Shown: positions 20,623 to 32,106, numbered from the stretch's first letter. The stretch: 64,000 nt of DNA from Alphaproteobacteria bacterium UBA3760 (GCA_002371155.1 DFGC01000010.1:740-64739), one strand, 5' to 3'. Made by a program: numbers and translations. The notes: generated by a model not told the origin, from the letters alone.

Positions 20623-23600
20623 ATGGCAGTTATCCAGAAATTTAGAAAATCTTTTGGCAAAAGTTTTTTGCAAACTCCACTTCCCGATTTGGTTGAAATT
20701 CAATACAACTCTTACAAAGATTTTTTGCAGGCCGATGTTGCCCCACAAAATCGTGAAAACAAAGGGTTGCAGGCCGTTTTCACATCTATGTTTCCGATTA
20801 AAGATTATGCCGGAATCGCGGATTTGGAATTTGTTGAATATACACTGGAAAAACCCGTATATAACGTCAAAGAATGTATGTTGCGCAATTTGACATATTC
20901 GCGCAGATTAAAGGTCAAATTAAGACTTATCTTGTGGGATGTCGCCGAAGATGGCAAAAAAACATTGCGTGATATCAAAGACCAAGAAATATTCATGGGT
21001 GATGTTCCGTTAATGACCGAACGTGGCAGTTTTATTGCCGCCGGTGTGGAACGCGTTATCGTTTCCCAAATGCATCGTGCCCAAGGTGTCGTTTTTGCAA
21101 CAACCAAAGAGGCCAAAATTGCTGGCAATCCAACAACATATACGGCGCGTATTATTCCCGAACATGGGTCATGGATTGATTTCGAAGAATCCAAAGGCGT
21201 GATTTATGTTCGTATCGACCGTCGTCGCAAAATTCCGGCAACGGTTTTGTTGCGTTGCTTGCCCTGTGCCGAAGATGAAAAGAAATGGGCGGCTGACCCG
21301 CGCAAGGCAAATGTTCGCGGAATGTCTGATACGGAAATTTTGTCGGCATTTTATAAATCAATTCCATTGTCATTTGATGGCAAGGTTTGGGTTGGCGACA
21401 CATCTGTATTCGACGGATTGGATAAATACCGTTTGAATTACGATTTGTTGTCGGTCAAAGGCGACAAAGAATTGGCAAACAAAGGCGACAGATTGTCTGC
21501 AAAACGTTTGTCGAAATTGATGTCATCTGCAAAACAATTTGGTATTAAACCTGAATCATTGGTTGGTGAATTTTTGTTCGAACCAATTACATCTGCGGGC
21601 GAAGTTGTATATCCATCTGGAACCGAAATCACCGAAGAAATTTTGTCTGATTTGGATAAAATGGGTGTTAAAAAGATTTCGATTATCGCGATTGATAACA
21701 CAACAATCACCGCGCATATGCGTAATACATTGGCGGCGGACAAAATCACAAATCGCGATGATGCATTGATTGAAATTTATAATGTTATCAGACCAGGTGA
21801 ACGTCCCACGGTCGAGGCTGCATTGGGATTATTCCTGCGCCAAGGATTCGACGCGGCATATTATGATTTATCGGCGGTTGGTCGTTTCAAGATGAACAAA
21901 CGTTTGAAAATCGATTCTGGTAAACGCCCCGAAGATGAACGTTTATTGACCAAGGCTGATTTCTTGGCGGTATTGAAAACATTAACAAATATTATTGACC
22001 ACAAAGATACAATTGATGATATCGATAATTTGTCGAACCGTCGTGTTCGCGCGGTTGGCGAATTGTTGGAACAAACTTTCCGCACGGGGATGTTGCGTAT
22101 TGAACGTCTGGTTCGCGAAAGTTTGTCTTCGCCGAATATCGCAAATATGCAACCCCAAGATGTTATCAATGTTAAACCTTTGATGTCATTGGTTTCTGAA
22201 TTTTTGGGAACATCACAATTATCTCAGTTTATGGATGCGTATAATCCATTGTCTGAATTGGAACACAAACGTCGTATTTCTGCATTGGGGCCTGGCGGGT
22301 TAAATCGTGAACGCGCGGGTATCGATGTCCGCGACGTGCATCCAACACACTATGGTCGTTTATGCCCAATTCACACCCCCGAAGGTGCCAACATCGGTTT
22401 GATAAACCATTTGGCATCATATGCGCGTGTGAACAAATACGGATTTATCACAACCCCATATTACGAGGTTAAAAACGGCAAAGTCACCGATAAAATCGTG
22501 TATTTGACGGCTGATGAAGAAATGGGACACAAAATCGCCCAGGGTAATACACCAACTAATAAAGATGGTAAATTGACTGGCGATGTCGTGACTGCGCGTG
22601 TTGATGGCGAATTTACGATGGTTCCAACCGAAGAAATTGATTTAATTGACGTTGAACCGCGTCAGGTGGTGTCCATTGCAACCGGATTGATTCCGTTCGT
22701 TGAAAACGACGACGCGAACCGTGCGTTGATGGGTTCGAACATGCAACGCCAAGGCGTTCCATTATTGCGGGTCCAGGCCCCATTGGTCGGAACCGGTATC
22801 GAACGCGAGGTTGCACGTGATTCCCGCACCGGCAAGGTTGCAAAACACAGTGGTGTTGTGGAATCTGTGGATGCAAACCGTATCGTGGTTAAATGTATGA
22901 ATTCACGCAATGTTGTGACCGGTGTTGATATTTACAACTTGGAAAAATTCGAACGTTCCAACAGTGAGACATTGATTCATCAAAAACCGTTGGTCAAGGT
23001 TGGCGACCGCGTATCGGCGGGCGATGTTATTGCCGATGGTTCGTCAATGAATTATGGTGAATTGGCATTGGGTCGCAATGTGTTGGTTGCATTCGTGCCA
23101 TGGCGTGGTTATAACTATGAAGACGCGATTGTGATTTCCGAACGCATTTCACGTGAAGACGCATTCACATCTGTCAAAATCGTTGAAAAAGAATTCAAGG
23201 TTCGTGATACCCAATTGGGCCCAGAAAGTTTCACTCGCGACATTCCAAATGTCAGTGAAGAGGCGGTTAAAAACCTGGACGAATCTGGTATCATCTATGT
23301 TGGTGCGCGTGTAAAGCAGGGCGATATTTTGGTCGGTCGTGTTTCCCCAAAATCGGAAACATTATTGACCCCCGAAGAGGCACTGCTGCGCAACATCTTT
23401 GGTGAAAAGGCATTAAATGTCAAAGATACATCTTTGCGCGTTGGTCCAAATGAAGAAGGAACCGTTATCGGTGTCAATGTTTTAACCCGTCATGGTGTTA
23501 AAAAAGACGAACGCACACAAATGATTGAATTGGAAAAAATCGCCAAAATCAACAAAGACAGAAACGAAGAAATCGCAATCATCGAAAAAGGTTTTGCTGA

Positions 23601-24759
23601 TCAAATTTTCCAATTGGCGGAAAACGAAACAATCGAAGATGGCACAGGTTCGTTAAAACCATTTATTGGTAAAAAATTGACTGCCGAGGTTTTCGACGGT
23701 ATTCGTGCGACCGATGTTAAAAAATTGGTTGTTAAAAATCCCGAAGTCCAGGCGAAAATTGCTGAATTGTGCGAACAACACATCATCAAATTGAACCAAT
23801 TAAATGAAAAAGCCGATGCCGAGGTTGCCAAGGTGACCGAAAGCAATTCTTTGAGTGCGGGCGTCTTGAAAGAGGTCAAGGTTTATATCGCGCACAAAAT
23901 GAAATTGCAACCGGGTGATAAAATGGCGGGTCGTCACGGAAACAAAGGTATCGTGTCCAAGGTTGTTCCAATCGAAGATATGCCATACATGGAAGATGGA
24001 ACCCCGGTCGATATTGTGTTGAATCCGTTGGGTGTGCCGTCCCGTATGAATATTGGTCAGATTTTGGAAACTCACTTGGGAATGGCGGCGCGCACATTGG
24101 GTCAACAAATTGGCGCGGTTCTGGACGAGGTCAAACAAAAACGTGCTGTGACCGACGATTTGCGCAATATTATGGGCAAAATCTATGGCAAAGAAGTGGC
24201 GGAAAAATTGGAAAAGATGACCGACACTGATGTCCGTGCCGAGGCCGCATTATTGCGTGATGGTGTGCCAATGGCAACGCCAACATTCGACGGTGCAAAC
24301 CCAGACGATATTAAATCGATGTTGAAATTGGCAAAGTTGCCTGAAACGGGACAATTCACATTGTATGACGGTATGACGGGTGAAAAATTTGCACGTCCGG
24401 TGACCGTTGGTGTTATGTACATGTTGAAATTGCATCACTTTGTGGATGAAAAGATTCACGCGCGTTCCGTGGGCAGTTATTCACTTGTCACACAACAGCC
24501 ATTGTCTGGTAAGGCCCACATGGGTGGCCAGAGATTAGGTGAAATGGAGGTCTGGGCGTTAGAGGCCCACGGTGCCGCACATCTGTTGCGCGAAATGTTG
24601 ACGGTTAAATCCGACGATATTACCGGCCGTAACAAGATGTACGAAGCCATCATTTCTGGCAGTAACGATATCCAAACCGGCACACCCGAAGCGTTCAATG
24701 TATTTGTTCGCGAATTGCGTGGTTTGGGATTGGCAATGACACCGAAAAAAATAGACTAA
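20623..24759 (+). CDS. rpoB: DNA-directed RNA polymerase beta subunit
   Basis: 1378 aa with conserved beta-subunit blocks throughout (e.g. [32 protein letters not shown]). Confidence 0.99.
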   Translation: MAVIQKFRKSFGKSFLQTPLPDLVEIQYNSYKDFLQADVAPQNRENKGLQAVFTSMFPIKDYAGIADLEFVEYTLEKPVYNVKECMLRNLTYSRRLKVKLRLILWDVAEDGKKTLRDIKDQEIFMGDVPLMTERGSFIAAGVERVIVSQMHRAQGVVFATTKEAKIAGNPTTYTARIIPEHGSWIDFEESKGVIYVRIDRRRKIPATVLLRCLPCAEDEKKWAADPRKANVRGMSDTEILSAFYKSIPLSFDGKVWVGDTSVFDGLDKYRLNYDLLSVKGDKELANKGDRLSAKRLSKLMSSAKQFGIKPESLVGEFLFEPITSAGEVVYPSGTEITEEILSDLDKMGVKKISIIAIDNTTITAHMRNTLAADKITNRDDALIEIYNVIRPGERPTVEAALGLFLRQGFDAAYYDLSAVGRFKMNKRLKIDSGKRPEDERLLTKADFLAVLKTLTNIIDHKDTIDDIDNLSNRRVRAVGELLEQTFRTGMLRIERLVRESLSSPNIANMQPQDVINVKPLMSLVSEFLGTSQLSQFMDAYNPLSELEHKRRISALGPGGLNRERAGIDVRDVHPTHYGRLCPIHTPEGANIGLINHLASYARVNKYGFITTPYYEVKNGKVTDKIVYLTADEEMGHKIAQGNTPTNKDGKLTGDVVTARVDGEFTMVPTEEIDLIDVEPRQVVSIATGLIPFVENDDANRALMGSNMQRQGVPLLRVQAPLVGTGIEREVARDSRTGKVAKHSGVVESVDANRIVVKCMNSRNVVTGVDIYNLEKFERSNSETLIHQKPLVKVGDRVSAGDVIADGSSMNYGELALGRNVLVAFVPWRGYNYEDAIVISERISREDAFTSVKIVEKEFKVRDTQLGPESFTRDIPNVSEEAVKNLDESGIIYVGARVKQGDILVGRVSPKSETLLTPEEALLRNIFGEKALNVKDTSLRVGPNEEGTVIGVNVLTRHGVKKDERTQMIELEKIAKINKDRNEEIAIIEKGFADQIFQLAENETIEDGTGSLKPFIGKKLTAEVFDGIRATDVKKLVVKNPEVQAKIAELCEQHIIKLNQLNEKADAEVAKVTESNSLSAGVLKEVKVYIAHKMKLQPGDKMAGRHGNKGIVSKVVPIEDMPYMEDGTPVDIVLNPLGVPSRMNIGQILETHLGMAARTLGQQIGAVLDEVKQKRAVTDDLRNIMGKIYGKEVAEKLEKMTDTDVRAEAALLRDGVPMATPTFDGANPDDIKSMLKLAKLPETGQFTLYDGMTGEKFARPVTVGVMYMLKLHHFVDEKIHARSVGSYSLVTQQPLSGKAHMGGQRLGEMEVWALEAHGAAHLLREMLTVKSDDITGRNKMYEAIISGSNDIQTGTPEAFNVFVRELRGLGLAMTPKKID

Positions 24760-24767
24760 TTGTTGGG

Positions 24768-24803
24768 GTGCGAACGGGCGCGTCGCTTTCGCCCGGGGCG
24801 CAC
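24768..24803 (+). other. GC-rich hairpin in the rpoB-rpoC spacer
   Basis: GTGCG-AA-CGGGCG ... CGCCCG-GGG-CGCAC two-part stem, which stands out in an AT-rich genome. It may be a processing or pausing structure. Confidence 0.35.
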
Positions 24804-24843
24804 ACCAATGGCAACTTTAAAGCGACTTAAAGGAGCAAAATAA

Positions 24844-27800
24844 ATGACAAATATGTTGCAAAAGATATTTGGACAAATCGAAACCAAAGAACAGTTTGAT
24901 GCGTTGCGTATCACAATCGCCAGCCCAGAAGAAATTCTGTCTTGGTCCCATGGCGAGGTTAAAAAACCTGAAACAATCAACTATCATTCTTTGAAACCAG
25001 AACCCGAAGGATTGTTTTGCCAGGAAATTTTTGGCCCGGTCAAAGATTTCGAATGTGCATGCGGAAAATATAAACGCATTAAAAATCGTGGTGTCATTTG
25101 CGAAAAATGCCATGTCGAGGTTGGACCATCATCTGTTCGTCGTGAACGCATGGGGCACATCAAATTGGCGATGCCGGTTGCACACACTTGGTTTTTACGC
25201 GAAGGCAAAATTGCTGTTTTGTTGAACAATTTGCCACAAAAGAAATTGGAACAGGTTATTTCATACGACGCATATATCGTTATTGAACCGGGTTTAACCA
25301 ACCTGAAATTATACGATGTTATCAGTGAAGATGAATACCAGGCCAAGGTCGAAGAATTTGGCGCGGACGCGTTCCGTGTTGGCATCGGTGCCGAAGGTGT
25401 GCGCAGCATTATCGCAAATTTGGATATGGGCGATGAACGCACTCGTCTGCGCGCAGAATTGGCGGAAACAAAATCTGAACAAAAACGCAAATTATTGATT
25501 AAACAATTAAAATTGGTTGAATCGTTCTTGGATTCTAAAACAGAACCTGCATGGATGTTGCCGGATGTTTTGCCGGTTATTCCACCAGATATGCGCCCAT
25601 TGGTCACATTGGATGCGGGACATGTCGCGGCATCTGATTTGAACGATTTGTATCGTCGCGTAATTATTCGTAATAATCGTTTGAAAAGATTTATGGAAAT
25701 GCATGCCCCAGACATCATTATTCGTAATGAAAAACGCATGTTGCAAGAGGCGGTCGATTCTTTGTTCGATAATGGACACAAAGCGCGCCCAATGGTTTCC
25801 CAAAACCGTCGTCCATTGAAGTCTTTGTCTGATTCATTGCGTGGTAAATCTGGACGTTTCCGTATGAATATGTTGGGTAAACGTGTGGATTATTCGGGGC
25901 GTTCGGTTATTACACCGGGACCAACACTGCGCATGCACCAGGTTGGATTGCCAAAAACAATGGCATTGGAATTGTTCAAACCATTTGTATTTGCGAAACT
26001 GTTGGCGGGTGGTTATGCAAACACATTGAAAACCGCACGCAAAATGGTTGAAAATGGCGAAGACATTGTTTGGGAAATTTTGGAAAAGGTTATTTATCAA
26101 CATCCTGTGTTGTTAAACCGTGCGCCATCGTTGCACAGATTGTCATTGATTGCGTTCGAACCTGTTTTAATCGAAGGCAAGGCAATCCGTTTGCACCCAT
26201 TGGTCTGTAAAGGATTCAATGCGGACTTTGACGGTGACCAGATGTCTGTGCACGTGCCAATTTCATTAGAGGCACAGTTAGAGGCACGCACATTGATGTT
26301 ATCAACAAACAACGTTATGTCCCCCGCCAGTGGCGACCCAATGACTGTGCCGTCCCAAGACATGGTGTTGGGGGTGTATTACATATCGCTGATGAATGGC
26401 GAACATGACGAAAAGAAATCACCACGCTTTTCCGGCATGGACGAGGTTAAATTGGCATTGGAAAATAAACTTATCACTTTGCACACACCAATTTATGCGC
26501 GTGTAAATGGTAAAACATATGCCACAACCGCGGGTCGTATGATTTTGGGCGAATTGTTGCCAAAATCTGACAATATGCCGTTTGATTTGGTGAACAAGGT
26601 TATGCCGGCCAAAGAAATCAAAAAATTGTTGGCAACAACATATGAACGTTGCGGGGACAAGGCAATGATTTTATTGGCGGACGCATTGAAAGATACCGGT
26701 TTTGAACAGGCTGCACGCAGTGGTATTTCAATTGGATTTAACGATATTGTTATTCCAGAAGAAAAGAAAGAAATGATTGCCGAATCAACCAAGGCAGCCG
26801 AAGAAATCGAAGAACAATATCAAAACGGTTTGTTATCCGGTGGTGAACGTCACAATAAATTGATTGACCTGTGGCAAAAAACAACCGATAAATTGGGTGA
26901 TTTGGCATACGCCACATTGGGTAAAACAACGGGCGACAATTGGAATTCTGTATATATGATGGCTTTGTCCGGTGCGCGTGGTTCCAAAGGTCAGATTCAA
27001 CAGTTGGCGGGTATGCGTGGTATGATGCAGAAACCAGACGGTTCAATTATCGAAGTTCCAATTATTTCGAACTTCAAAGAAGGTTTGACCATGTCTGAAT
27101 ACTTTACATCCACCCACGGTGCGCGCAAAGGTATGTCGGATACGGCATTGAAAACCGCATCGGCTGGATATTTGACTCGTCGTTTGGTTGAATTGGCACA
27201 AAATACAGTTATCACCGAACACGATTGTGGCACACACGAATTTATCACGGCAAAACCTGTGTACCAAGGTTCAACATTGGTTGTGCCATTGGGCGATGTG
27301 GTTTTAGGCCGTACCGCGGCACACGATATCGTCAATCCAATGACCAAAGAGGTCATCGTGCCGGCTGGCGAATTGGTGACAAAATCCGCGGCCAAGGCGA
27401 TAAACGAATGTGGTTTGCCATCGGTTGATGTGCGCAGTGTCTTGACATGTCAAAGTGATGGTTTGTGTGCGAAATGTTATGGTATGGATTTGTCGCGAAA
27501 TGCGCTGGTGCATGTTGGTGAACCGGTTGGTGTTATCGCGGGTCAATCTATTGGTGAACCAGGAACCCAGTTGACATTGCGGACCTTCCACATTGGTGGT
27601 ATTGCGGAAAGTAGTGCGGAAAGCCACTTTATCGAAATGCCGGTTGCGGGTAAAATCAAATTGATTGGCGTAAATACCATTAAAAACAAGGCTGGCCGTG
27701 TTGTTGTGTTGTCGCGCAATGGCGAAATTGCGGTTGTTGATGACAAAGATAACAAATTGTTCAGTTGTGCATTGCCATACGCATCAAAAATGATTGTATC

Positions 27801-28956
27801 TGATGGCGACATGGTGGACAAGGGTGCCAAGGTTGCTGAATGGGATCCGTATTCCAACGATATTATCGCGGAAAAAGACGGCACGGTATGCTTTAACGAT
27901 TTGATTGAAAATGTGTCTTTCCAAGAAGAGGTTGACCCGACAACTGGAATCATCTCGCGCAAGGTCACAAATTGGAAAAACGTAACCAAAAAGCCGTTAA
28001 ATCCATCTATTACATTGGTCGATGCCAATGGCGAGGTTATTTCGTTGGGCGGCAAAAAAATTGCCGAATATATGGTTCCAATGTATTCCGTATTGACTGT
28101 TGCCAACGGGGACAAGGTTTCTGCGGGTGATATTTTGGCGCGTATCCCTGTCCAGGCGAAAAAGACGGGCGATATTACCGGTGGTTTGCCACGCGTCGAA
28201 GAATTGTTAGAGGTTCGCCGTCCTGCAAATCCGGCTTTGTTGGCGGAAATTGACGGAACAATCGAATTAGAGGATGCGAAATCTAAAATCATTATTCGCA
28301 TTGAACCGACCGACGGAACGGCGCCTGTGGAATATGCCGTGCCCAAGGGAACAAATTTATTGGTTCGCAGTGGCGATGTCGTGAAAAAGGCTGAAAAATT
28401 GGTTGACGGTGAACCCGTGCCCCAGGATATTTTGCGTATTTTGGGACAAAAGGCATTGGCGACATTTATGGTCGAACAAGTGCAACAGGTTTATCGTTTA
28501 CAGGGTGTGACCATCAACGACAAACACATCGAAATTTTGATTCGTGAAATGACGCGTCGTGTTGAAATCGCAAACCCAGGCGATACTGGATTCTTGATGG
28601 GTTCGGTTGTTGACCGTGTTGATTTCGAAGAAGAAAATGCGCGTGTGATACGCGATGGTGGTCGCCCAGCCGAAGCGTCCCAGGTTTTGGTTGGTTTGAC
28701 GCGTGCGTCTTTGACATCGCGTTCGTTCATATCCAACGCATCGTTCCAACAAACAACCAAGGTTTTGGTGGACGCGGCAATCAATGGTTCAACCGACAAA
28801 TTGGTTGGTATCAACGAAAATTTGATTGTTGGTCGTCTGATTCCAATTGGCACCGGTGCATATGTTCGTCGTGTGCGTGAAATCGCCAAGGAAGAAGAAC
28901 GCGCTGAAAAAATTGCCCGCGAAGGTGGCGAACACCAACAATTGTTGGATATTTAA
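24844..28956 (+). CDS. rpoC: DNA-directed RNA polymerase beta' subunit
   Basis: 1370 aa with a zinc-binding N-terminus (CACGKYKRIKNRGVICEKC), the NADFDGD catalytic motif, and conserved trigger loop and bridge helix regions. Confidence 0.99.
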   Translation: MTNMLQKIFGQIETKEQFDALRITIASPEEILSWSHGEVKKPETINYHSLKPEPEGLFCQEIFGPVKDFECACGKYKRIKNRGVICEKCHVEVGPSSVRRERMGHIKLAMPVAHTWFLREGKIAVLLNNLPQKKLEQVISYDAYIVIEPGLTNLKLYDVISEDEYQAKVEEFGADAFRVGIGAEGVRSIIANLDMGDERTRLRAELAETKSEQKRKLLIKQLKLVESFLDSKTEPAWMLPDVLPVIPPDMRPLVTLDAGHVAASDLNDLYRRVIIRNNRLKRFMEMHAPDIIIRNEKRMLQEAVDSLFDNGHKARPMVSQNRRPLKSLSDSLRGKSGRFRMNMLGKRVDYSGRSVITPGPTLRMHQVGLPKTMALELFKPFVFAKLLAGGYANTLKTARKMVENGEDIVWEILEKVIYQHPVLLNRAPSLHRLSLIAFEPVLIEGKAIRLHPLVCKGFNADFDGDQMSVHVPISLEAQLEARTLMLSTNNVMSPASGDPMTVPSQDMVLGVYYISLMNGEHDEKKSPRFSGMDEVKLALENKLITLHTPIYARVNGKTYATTAGRMILGELLPKSDNMPFDLVNKVMPAKEIKKLLATTYERCGDKAMILLADALKDTGFEQAARSGISIGFNDIVIPEEKKEMIAESTKAAEEIEEQYQNGLLSGGERHNKLIDLWQKTTDKLGDLAYATLGKTTGDNWNSVYMMALSGARGSKGQIQQLAGMRGMMQKPDGSIIEVPIISNFKEGLTMSEYFTSTHGARKGMSDTALKTASAGYLTRRLVELAQNTVITEHDCGTHEFITAKPVYQGSTLVVPLGDVVLGRTAAHDIVNPMTKEVIVPAGELVTKSAAKAINECGLPSVDVRSVLTCQSDGLCAKCYGMDLSRNALVHVGEPVGVIAGQSIGEPGTQLTLRTFHIGGIAESSAESHFIEMPVAGKIKLIGVNTIKNKAGRVVVLSRNGEIAVVDDKDNKLFSCALPYASKMIVSDGDMVDKGAKVAEWDPYSNDIIAEKDGTVCFNDLIENVSFQEEVDPTTGIISRKVTNWKNVTKKPLNPSITLVDANGEVISLGGKKIAEYMVPMYSVLTVANGDKVSAGDILARIPVQAKKTGDITGGLPRVEELLEVRRPANPALLAEIDGTIELEDAKSKIIIRIEPTDGTAPVEYAVPKGTNLLVRSGDVVKKAEKLVDGEPVPQDILRILGQKALATFMVEQVQQVYRLQGVTINDKHIEILIREMTRRVEIANPGDTGFLMGSVVDRVDFEEENARVIRDGGRPAEASQVLVGLTRASLTSRSFISNASFQQTTKVLVDAAINGSTDKLVGINENLIVGRLIPIGTGAYVRRVREIAKEEERAEKIAREGGEHQQLLDI

Positions 28957-28960
28957 CAGG

Positions 28961-28989
28961 TTATTTCCCCGCGATACGCGGGGAAATAA
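28961..28989 (+). terminator. Hairpin after rpoC
   Basis: Perfect 13-bp stem TTATTTCCCCGCG-ATA-CGCGGGGAAATAA, 5 nt after the stop. No long T-run follows. Confidence 0.6.
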
Positions 28990-29058
28990 CAAACTTTTCC
29001 TTGCAAAACGGGAATAATAGAATAAAATATAACAAGTTTATTAAAAAAGGATTATAAA

Positions 29059-29208
29059 ATGGCAACACCCAGAAGTAAAACAAGTAAGGCACGCAGTGCA
29101 CAACGTCAATCACATGATGCTTTGAAAATTATGCCGGTTGGTGTATGCAAATCTTGTGGCGAAAAGAAACGTCCACATCATGTTTGCCCTGCATGTGGTG
29201 CAAAATAA
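29059..29208 (+). CDS. rpmF: 50S ribosomal protein L32
   Basis: A 49-aa ORF absent from the track: MATPRSKTSKARSAQRQSHDALKIMPVGVCKSCGEKKRPHHVCPACGAK. It lies upstream of plsX, as in many bacteria. Confidence 0.88.
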   Translation: MATPRSKTSKARSAQRQSHDALKIMPVGVCKSCGEKKRPHHVCPACGAK

Positions 29209-29296
29209 TAAAACAAAAAATAAATGTGGCAGAATTGGTAATCCTGTGTCATAATAGGTTTATCAATCTGCTTTTTTATTTGGCGGGGGATAAATT

Positions 29297-30346
29297 ATGA
29301 CCAAGGTTATATCCATTGACGCGTTTGGTGGTGACAAAGGACCCAAGGTTGTTTTGGGCGGTATCAACCAATTTTTATACCAAAATGCCGATGCTGATGT
29401 TCATTTTCGTATTTTTGGCAAACAATCGGTATTAAGGAAATTGTTGGCGAAATTTCCGCGTGTTGCGCGCAATTCCACGATTATAGATGCCCCCGATGTA
29501 ATTCGCGGAACGGATAAAATTCGCGATGTGGTGCGCCATGCGGATGGAACATCCATGTTTATGGCAATTCGTGATGTTCGTGCGGGCAATGCGTCCGCGG
29601 TGGTCAGTGCTGGAAATACCGGGGTTTTAATGTCTTTATCAAAATTGGCATTAAAGACCGTTGATGGCATATCGCGTCCGGCGATAACAACAATGTTGCC
29701 GTCCGGCGGTGGTGATTCGCGTGTGGTTGTGCTGGATTTGGGTGCAAATGTTCAATGCGATGCCCAAAATTTGTTTGATTTTGCGATATTGGGTTCTGTC
29801 TATGCCGATGTTATAGGTGGTATGTCGCGCCCGCGTGTTGGTATTCTGAATATCGGTACCGAAGAAACCAAGGGCAACGAAACATTGCAAGAATTAAATC
29901 GTGTTTTGACCGAACACCGTGATGAATTGCCATACGAATATGTCGGTTTTGTCGAGGCCACCGATATCAGTGCCGGCCGGGTCCAGGTTGTCGTGACCGA
30001 CGGATTTACCGGCAATATCGTTCTGAAAACGGTCGAAGGAACGGCGAAATTGATAAAACGCGTCATAATGGAAAATTTCAAGAAATCCATATTGGCAATG
30101 GTTGGTGCATTTTTCTTGGTGCATGTGTTCAAACGGTTAAAGCATAAAATTGACCCGCGTTCATATGCCGGTGCGACATTTTTGGGTTTGAACGGATTTT
30201 CGGTCAAAACCCACGGGAACAGTGACGCATTGGCATTCGCAAACGCAATCAGATACGCGGTTGATTTAAGTAATGCCGATTTCAATGGTGTGATTCGCGA
30301 ACGGGTTGCGTCGGTCGCACACATCCGCGACAAATTGGCAAAATAA
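29297..30346 (+). CDS. plsX: Phosphate acyltransferase PlsX
   Basis: N-terminal DAFGGDKGPKVVLGG, and later VVTDGFTGNIVLKTVEG, both typical of PlsX. Confidence 0.93.
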   Translation: MTKVISIDAFGGDKGPKVVLGGINQFLYQNADADVHFRIFGKQSVLRKLLAKFPRVARNSTIIDAPDVIRGTDKIRDVVRHADGTSMFMAIRDVRAGNASAVVSAGNTGVLMSLSKLALKTVDGISRPAITTMLPSGGGDSRVVVLDLGANVQCDAQNLFDFAILGSVYADVIGGMSRPRVGILNIGTEETKGNETLQELNRVLTEHRDELPYEYVGFVEATDISAGRVQVVVTDGFTGNIVLKTVEGTAKLIKRVIMENFKKSILAMVGAFFLVHVFKRLKHKIDPRSYAGATFLGLNGFSVKTHGNSDALAFANAIRYAVDLSNADFNGVIRERVASVAHIRDKLAK

Positions 30347-30443
30347 TTCTGGTTTTATAATAAATTTCCTAGGTTGATATCCTGATACAAAAACGCGCAA
30401 ATGCGGGGTATAATAATTTGGCATACAACCAAAGGAACGAATT

Positions 30444-30740
30444 ATGGAAAAAACAAAACGCAATACAACAAAATCCCCAAAAAATATAAAAAACATTAAA
30501 TCGGTCAAACCAAAAACACATGCAAAAACCGCGATGTCGGCGAAAAACGCCAAGCTTATGAAAAACATCAAAACAACAAAGTCCCCAAAACCGGCAAAAA
30601 AACAAACCAAATCGCCCACAACAGCAGCCCATTGGATAGAATCCCGCGCCCGATTGGTCAAGATTTTAGAGGCAACCGGCATCCAACCCGAATCCAGTGT
30701 TGTTATGATTGGTTGTTATAAAAAAGAACAACGCGCATAA
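30444..30740 (+). CDS. Lys-rich basic protein, unknown function
   Basis: 98 aa. The first ~70 aa are K/T/S/P-rich (KSPKNIKNIKSVKPKTHAKT...), reminiscent of histone-H1-like basic tails. AAAGGAAC lies upstream. The antisense ORF is less plausible because it overlaps plsX. Confidence 0.4.
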   Translation: MEKTKRNTTKSPKNIKNIKSVKPKTHAKTAMSAKNAKLMKNIKTTKSPKPAKKQTKSPTTAAHWIESRARLVKILEATGIQPESSVVMIGCYKKEQRA

Positions 30741-30777
30741 TATTACACATATAAAATAGTGTTTGTTTGCAAATATT

Positions 30778-30852
30778 TCGCCCCACATTGCAATATTGTT
30801 ATAATAATGATATTCTTATTGCTAATAACAATAAAATCGCATTGTGGGGCGA
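30778..30852. other. Long compound stem-loop between convergent genes
   Basis: Outer 14-bp stem with one mismatch (TCGCCCCACATTGC / GCATTGTGGGGCGA), plus an inner perfect 9-bp stem (TATTGTTAT / ATAACAATA) around a 22-nt loop. Confidence 0.5.
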
Positions 30853-30862
30853 GTTTTGATAT

Positions 30863-30892
30863 AAAAAACCGCCGGCAATTACTTGACGGCGG
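30863..30892 (-). terminator. Rho-independent terminator of the minus-strand gene ending at 30929
   Basis: On the minus strand: CCGCCG-12 nt-CGGCGG hairpin followed by TTTTTT. Confidence 0.7.
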
Positions 30893-30928
30893 CTTCTCCT
30901 CTCCTTCCGGTCTCCCGGAAACTGTAAA

Positions 30929-31261
30929 TTATGCAGCCTTGATATGGCGTTCTGAACACTCGGTATCACTGTCCATAATCTTTTTAGCCTCGGCAAACAC
31001 CATTTCTTTAACTTTCAATGCCAAATCATGTGTTTCCAAAGTTTCGGCGGCAACATCGAAATTGTCGGTTCTGATTTGTAAAGACACATATGCCCCGACC
31101 AACGACGCGCGTGGCAAATCTTCGATAGAACGTGGTGCATTATTGTTGCCAACATGCAATTCATCACTTAGTGAAATGATTTGTCTATCTTGATTTACCC
31201 AAACGGTGGTGGTCAAAACCTGGTCCAGTGCAATCATAATTTGTTTGATATTTTTTTGCAT
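30929..31261 (-). CDS. Hypothetical protein
   Basis: Start set at ATG 31261, preceded by AAGGAGGG. 110 aa (MQKNIKQIMIALDQVL...), no family recognised. Confidence 0.55.
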   Translation of the reverse strand: MQKNIKQIMIALDQVLTTTVWVNQDRQIISLSDELHVGNNNAPRSIEDLPRASLVGAYVSLQIRTDNFDVAAETLETHDLALKVKEMVFAEAKKIMDSDTECSERHIKAA

Positions 31262-31548
31262 TGTGTGGGTCCCTCCTTGATGGGTGTATATTGTTTTTTG
31301 ATGGCTTTTGCTGTATTTACATGCGTATTTACAAAACATCGGCCATCGTTTGGTTGTTTTTATTTGTTTTTGCCGGAAAACCAGTGTTTTCTGGCGGTTT
31401 AGAACTCTTTCCCCATGTCTATACAAACATCTTAGAACAAAAACGATTCGCAGGTCAAGAGAAAAATATAATTATTTTCAAAATATTTTGAAAAAATTTA
31501 ATTTGTCTTGAAAAACCATAAAATCCCATAATTTGATTATGAATTGTC

Positions 31549-31577
31549 ATTGACAATGTGAAAAACAAATGCTAAAC
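31549..31577 (+). promoter_or_regulatory. Candidate sigma-70 promoter of mraZ with overlapping palindrome
   Basis: TTGACA, 17 nt, TAAACT. The -35 element sits inside the perfect palindrome ATTGTCA-T-TGACAAT (31542-31556). Confidence 0.5.
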
Positions 31578-31630
31578 TGACACCGAAACGCGGGCGATAC
31601 TGACGAAAAAACAAAAAAATATGGAATAAA

Positions 31631-32074
31631 ATGTCTTTGTTTCTCTCATCTTATGAAAATCGTTTGGATGCCAAAGGGCGCATTTCTGTCCCGGCATCCT
31701 TTCGCGCCGCGTTAAACAATGAAAAATTTGCGGGTGTGGTGCTGTATCGTTCGTTTACAAATAAATGTATCGATGGGTTATCCATGTCGCGCATGGAAAG
31801 TTTGGCGGCGGCAACCGATAAAATGGGCGTGTTTGATAATGCGTTGGACGATTTGTCGGCTATGCTGTTTGCGGATGCGCGTCCCATACAATTTGATGTG
31901 ACGGGGCGGATTATAATCCCGGCGGATTTATTGGCGCATGCCGGAATAACCAACACTGCGTTATTTGTTGGTCGTGGAAATTCTTTTCAGATATGGAATC
32001 CGGACGCATTTCGTGCAGCACAGAATAAATCATTGGAAAATCTGCGTGCGTCGCGCCCAAATTTAATTATATAG
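31631..32074 (+). CDS. mraZ: Transcriptional regulator MraZ
   Basis: Two SpoVT/AbrB-like halves with the diagnostic DxxGR motifs (RLDAKGRISVPASFR and QFDVTGRIIIPADL). Confidence 0.92.
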   Translation: MSLFLSSYENRLDAKGRISVPASFRAALNNEKFAGVVLYRSFTNKCIDGLSMSRMESLAAATDKMGVFDNALDDLSAMLFADARPIQFDVTGRIIIPADLLAHAGITNTALFVGRGNSFQIWNPDAFRAAQNKSLENLRASRPNLII

Positions 32075-32106
32075 TTTTTGGTAAAAATAAATTTATAAAA
32101 CAAAAT

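Noticed and set aside
20127-20660. 177-aa minus-strand ORF with an Ala-rich stretch
   Set aside because: It is antisense to rplL (the Ala-rich hinge reads as Ala on both strands) and spans the rplL-rpoB spacer.
24984-28889. Several long minus-strand ORFs inside rpoC (e.g. 24984-25781, 27543-28346, 28491-28889), and similar ones inside rpoB
   Set aside because: They are antisense shadows of highly conserved genes. They have no RBS or recognisable motifs, and the plus-strand products are unambiguous.
30266-30682. 138-aa minus-strand hydrophobic ORF opposite the Lys-rich ORF
   Set aside because: It overlaps the 3' end of plsX by about 80 nt and lacks an RBS. Its Phe-rich composition is what the antisense of an AAA/AAG-rich sequence gives.
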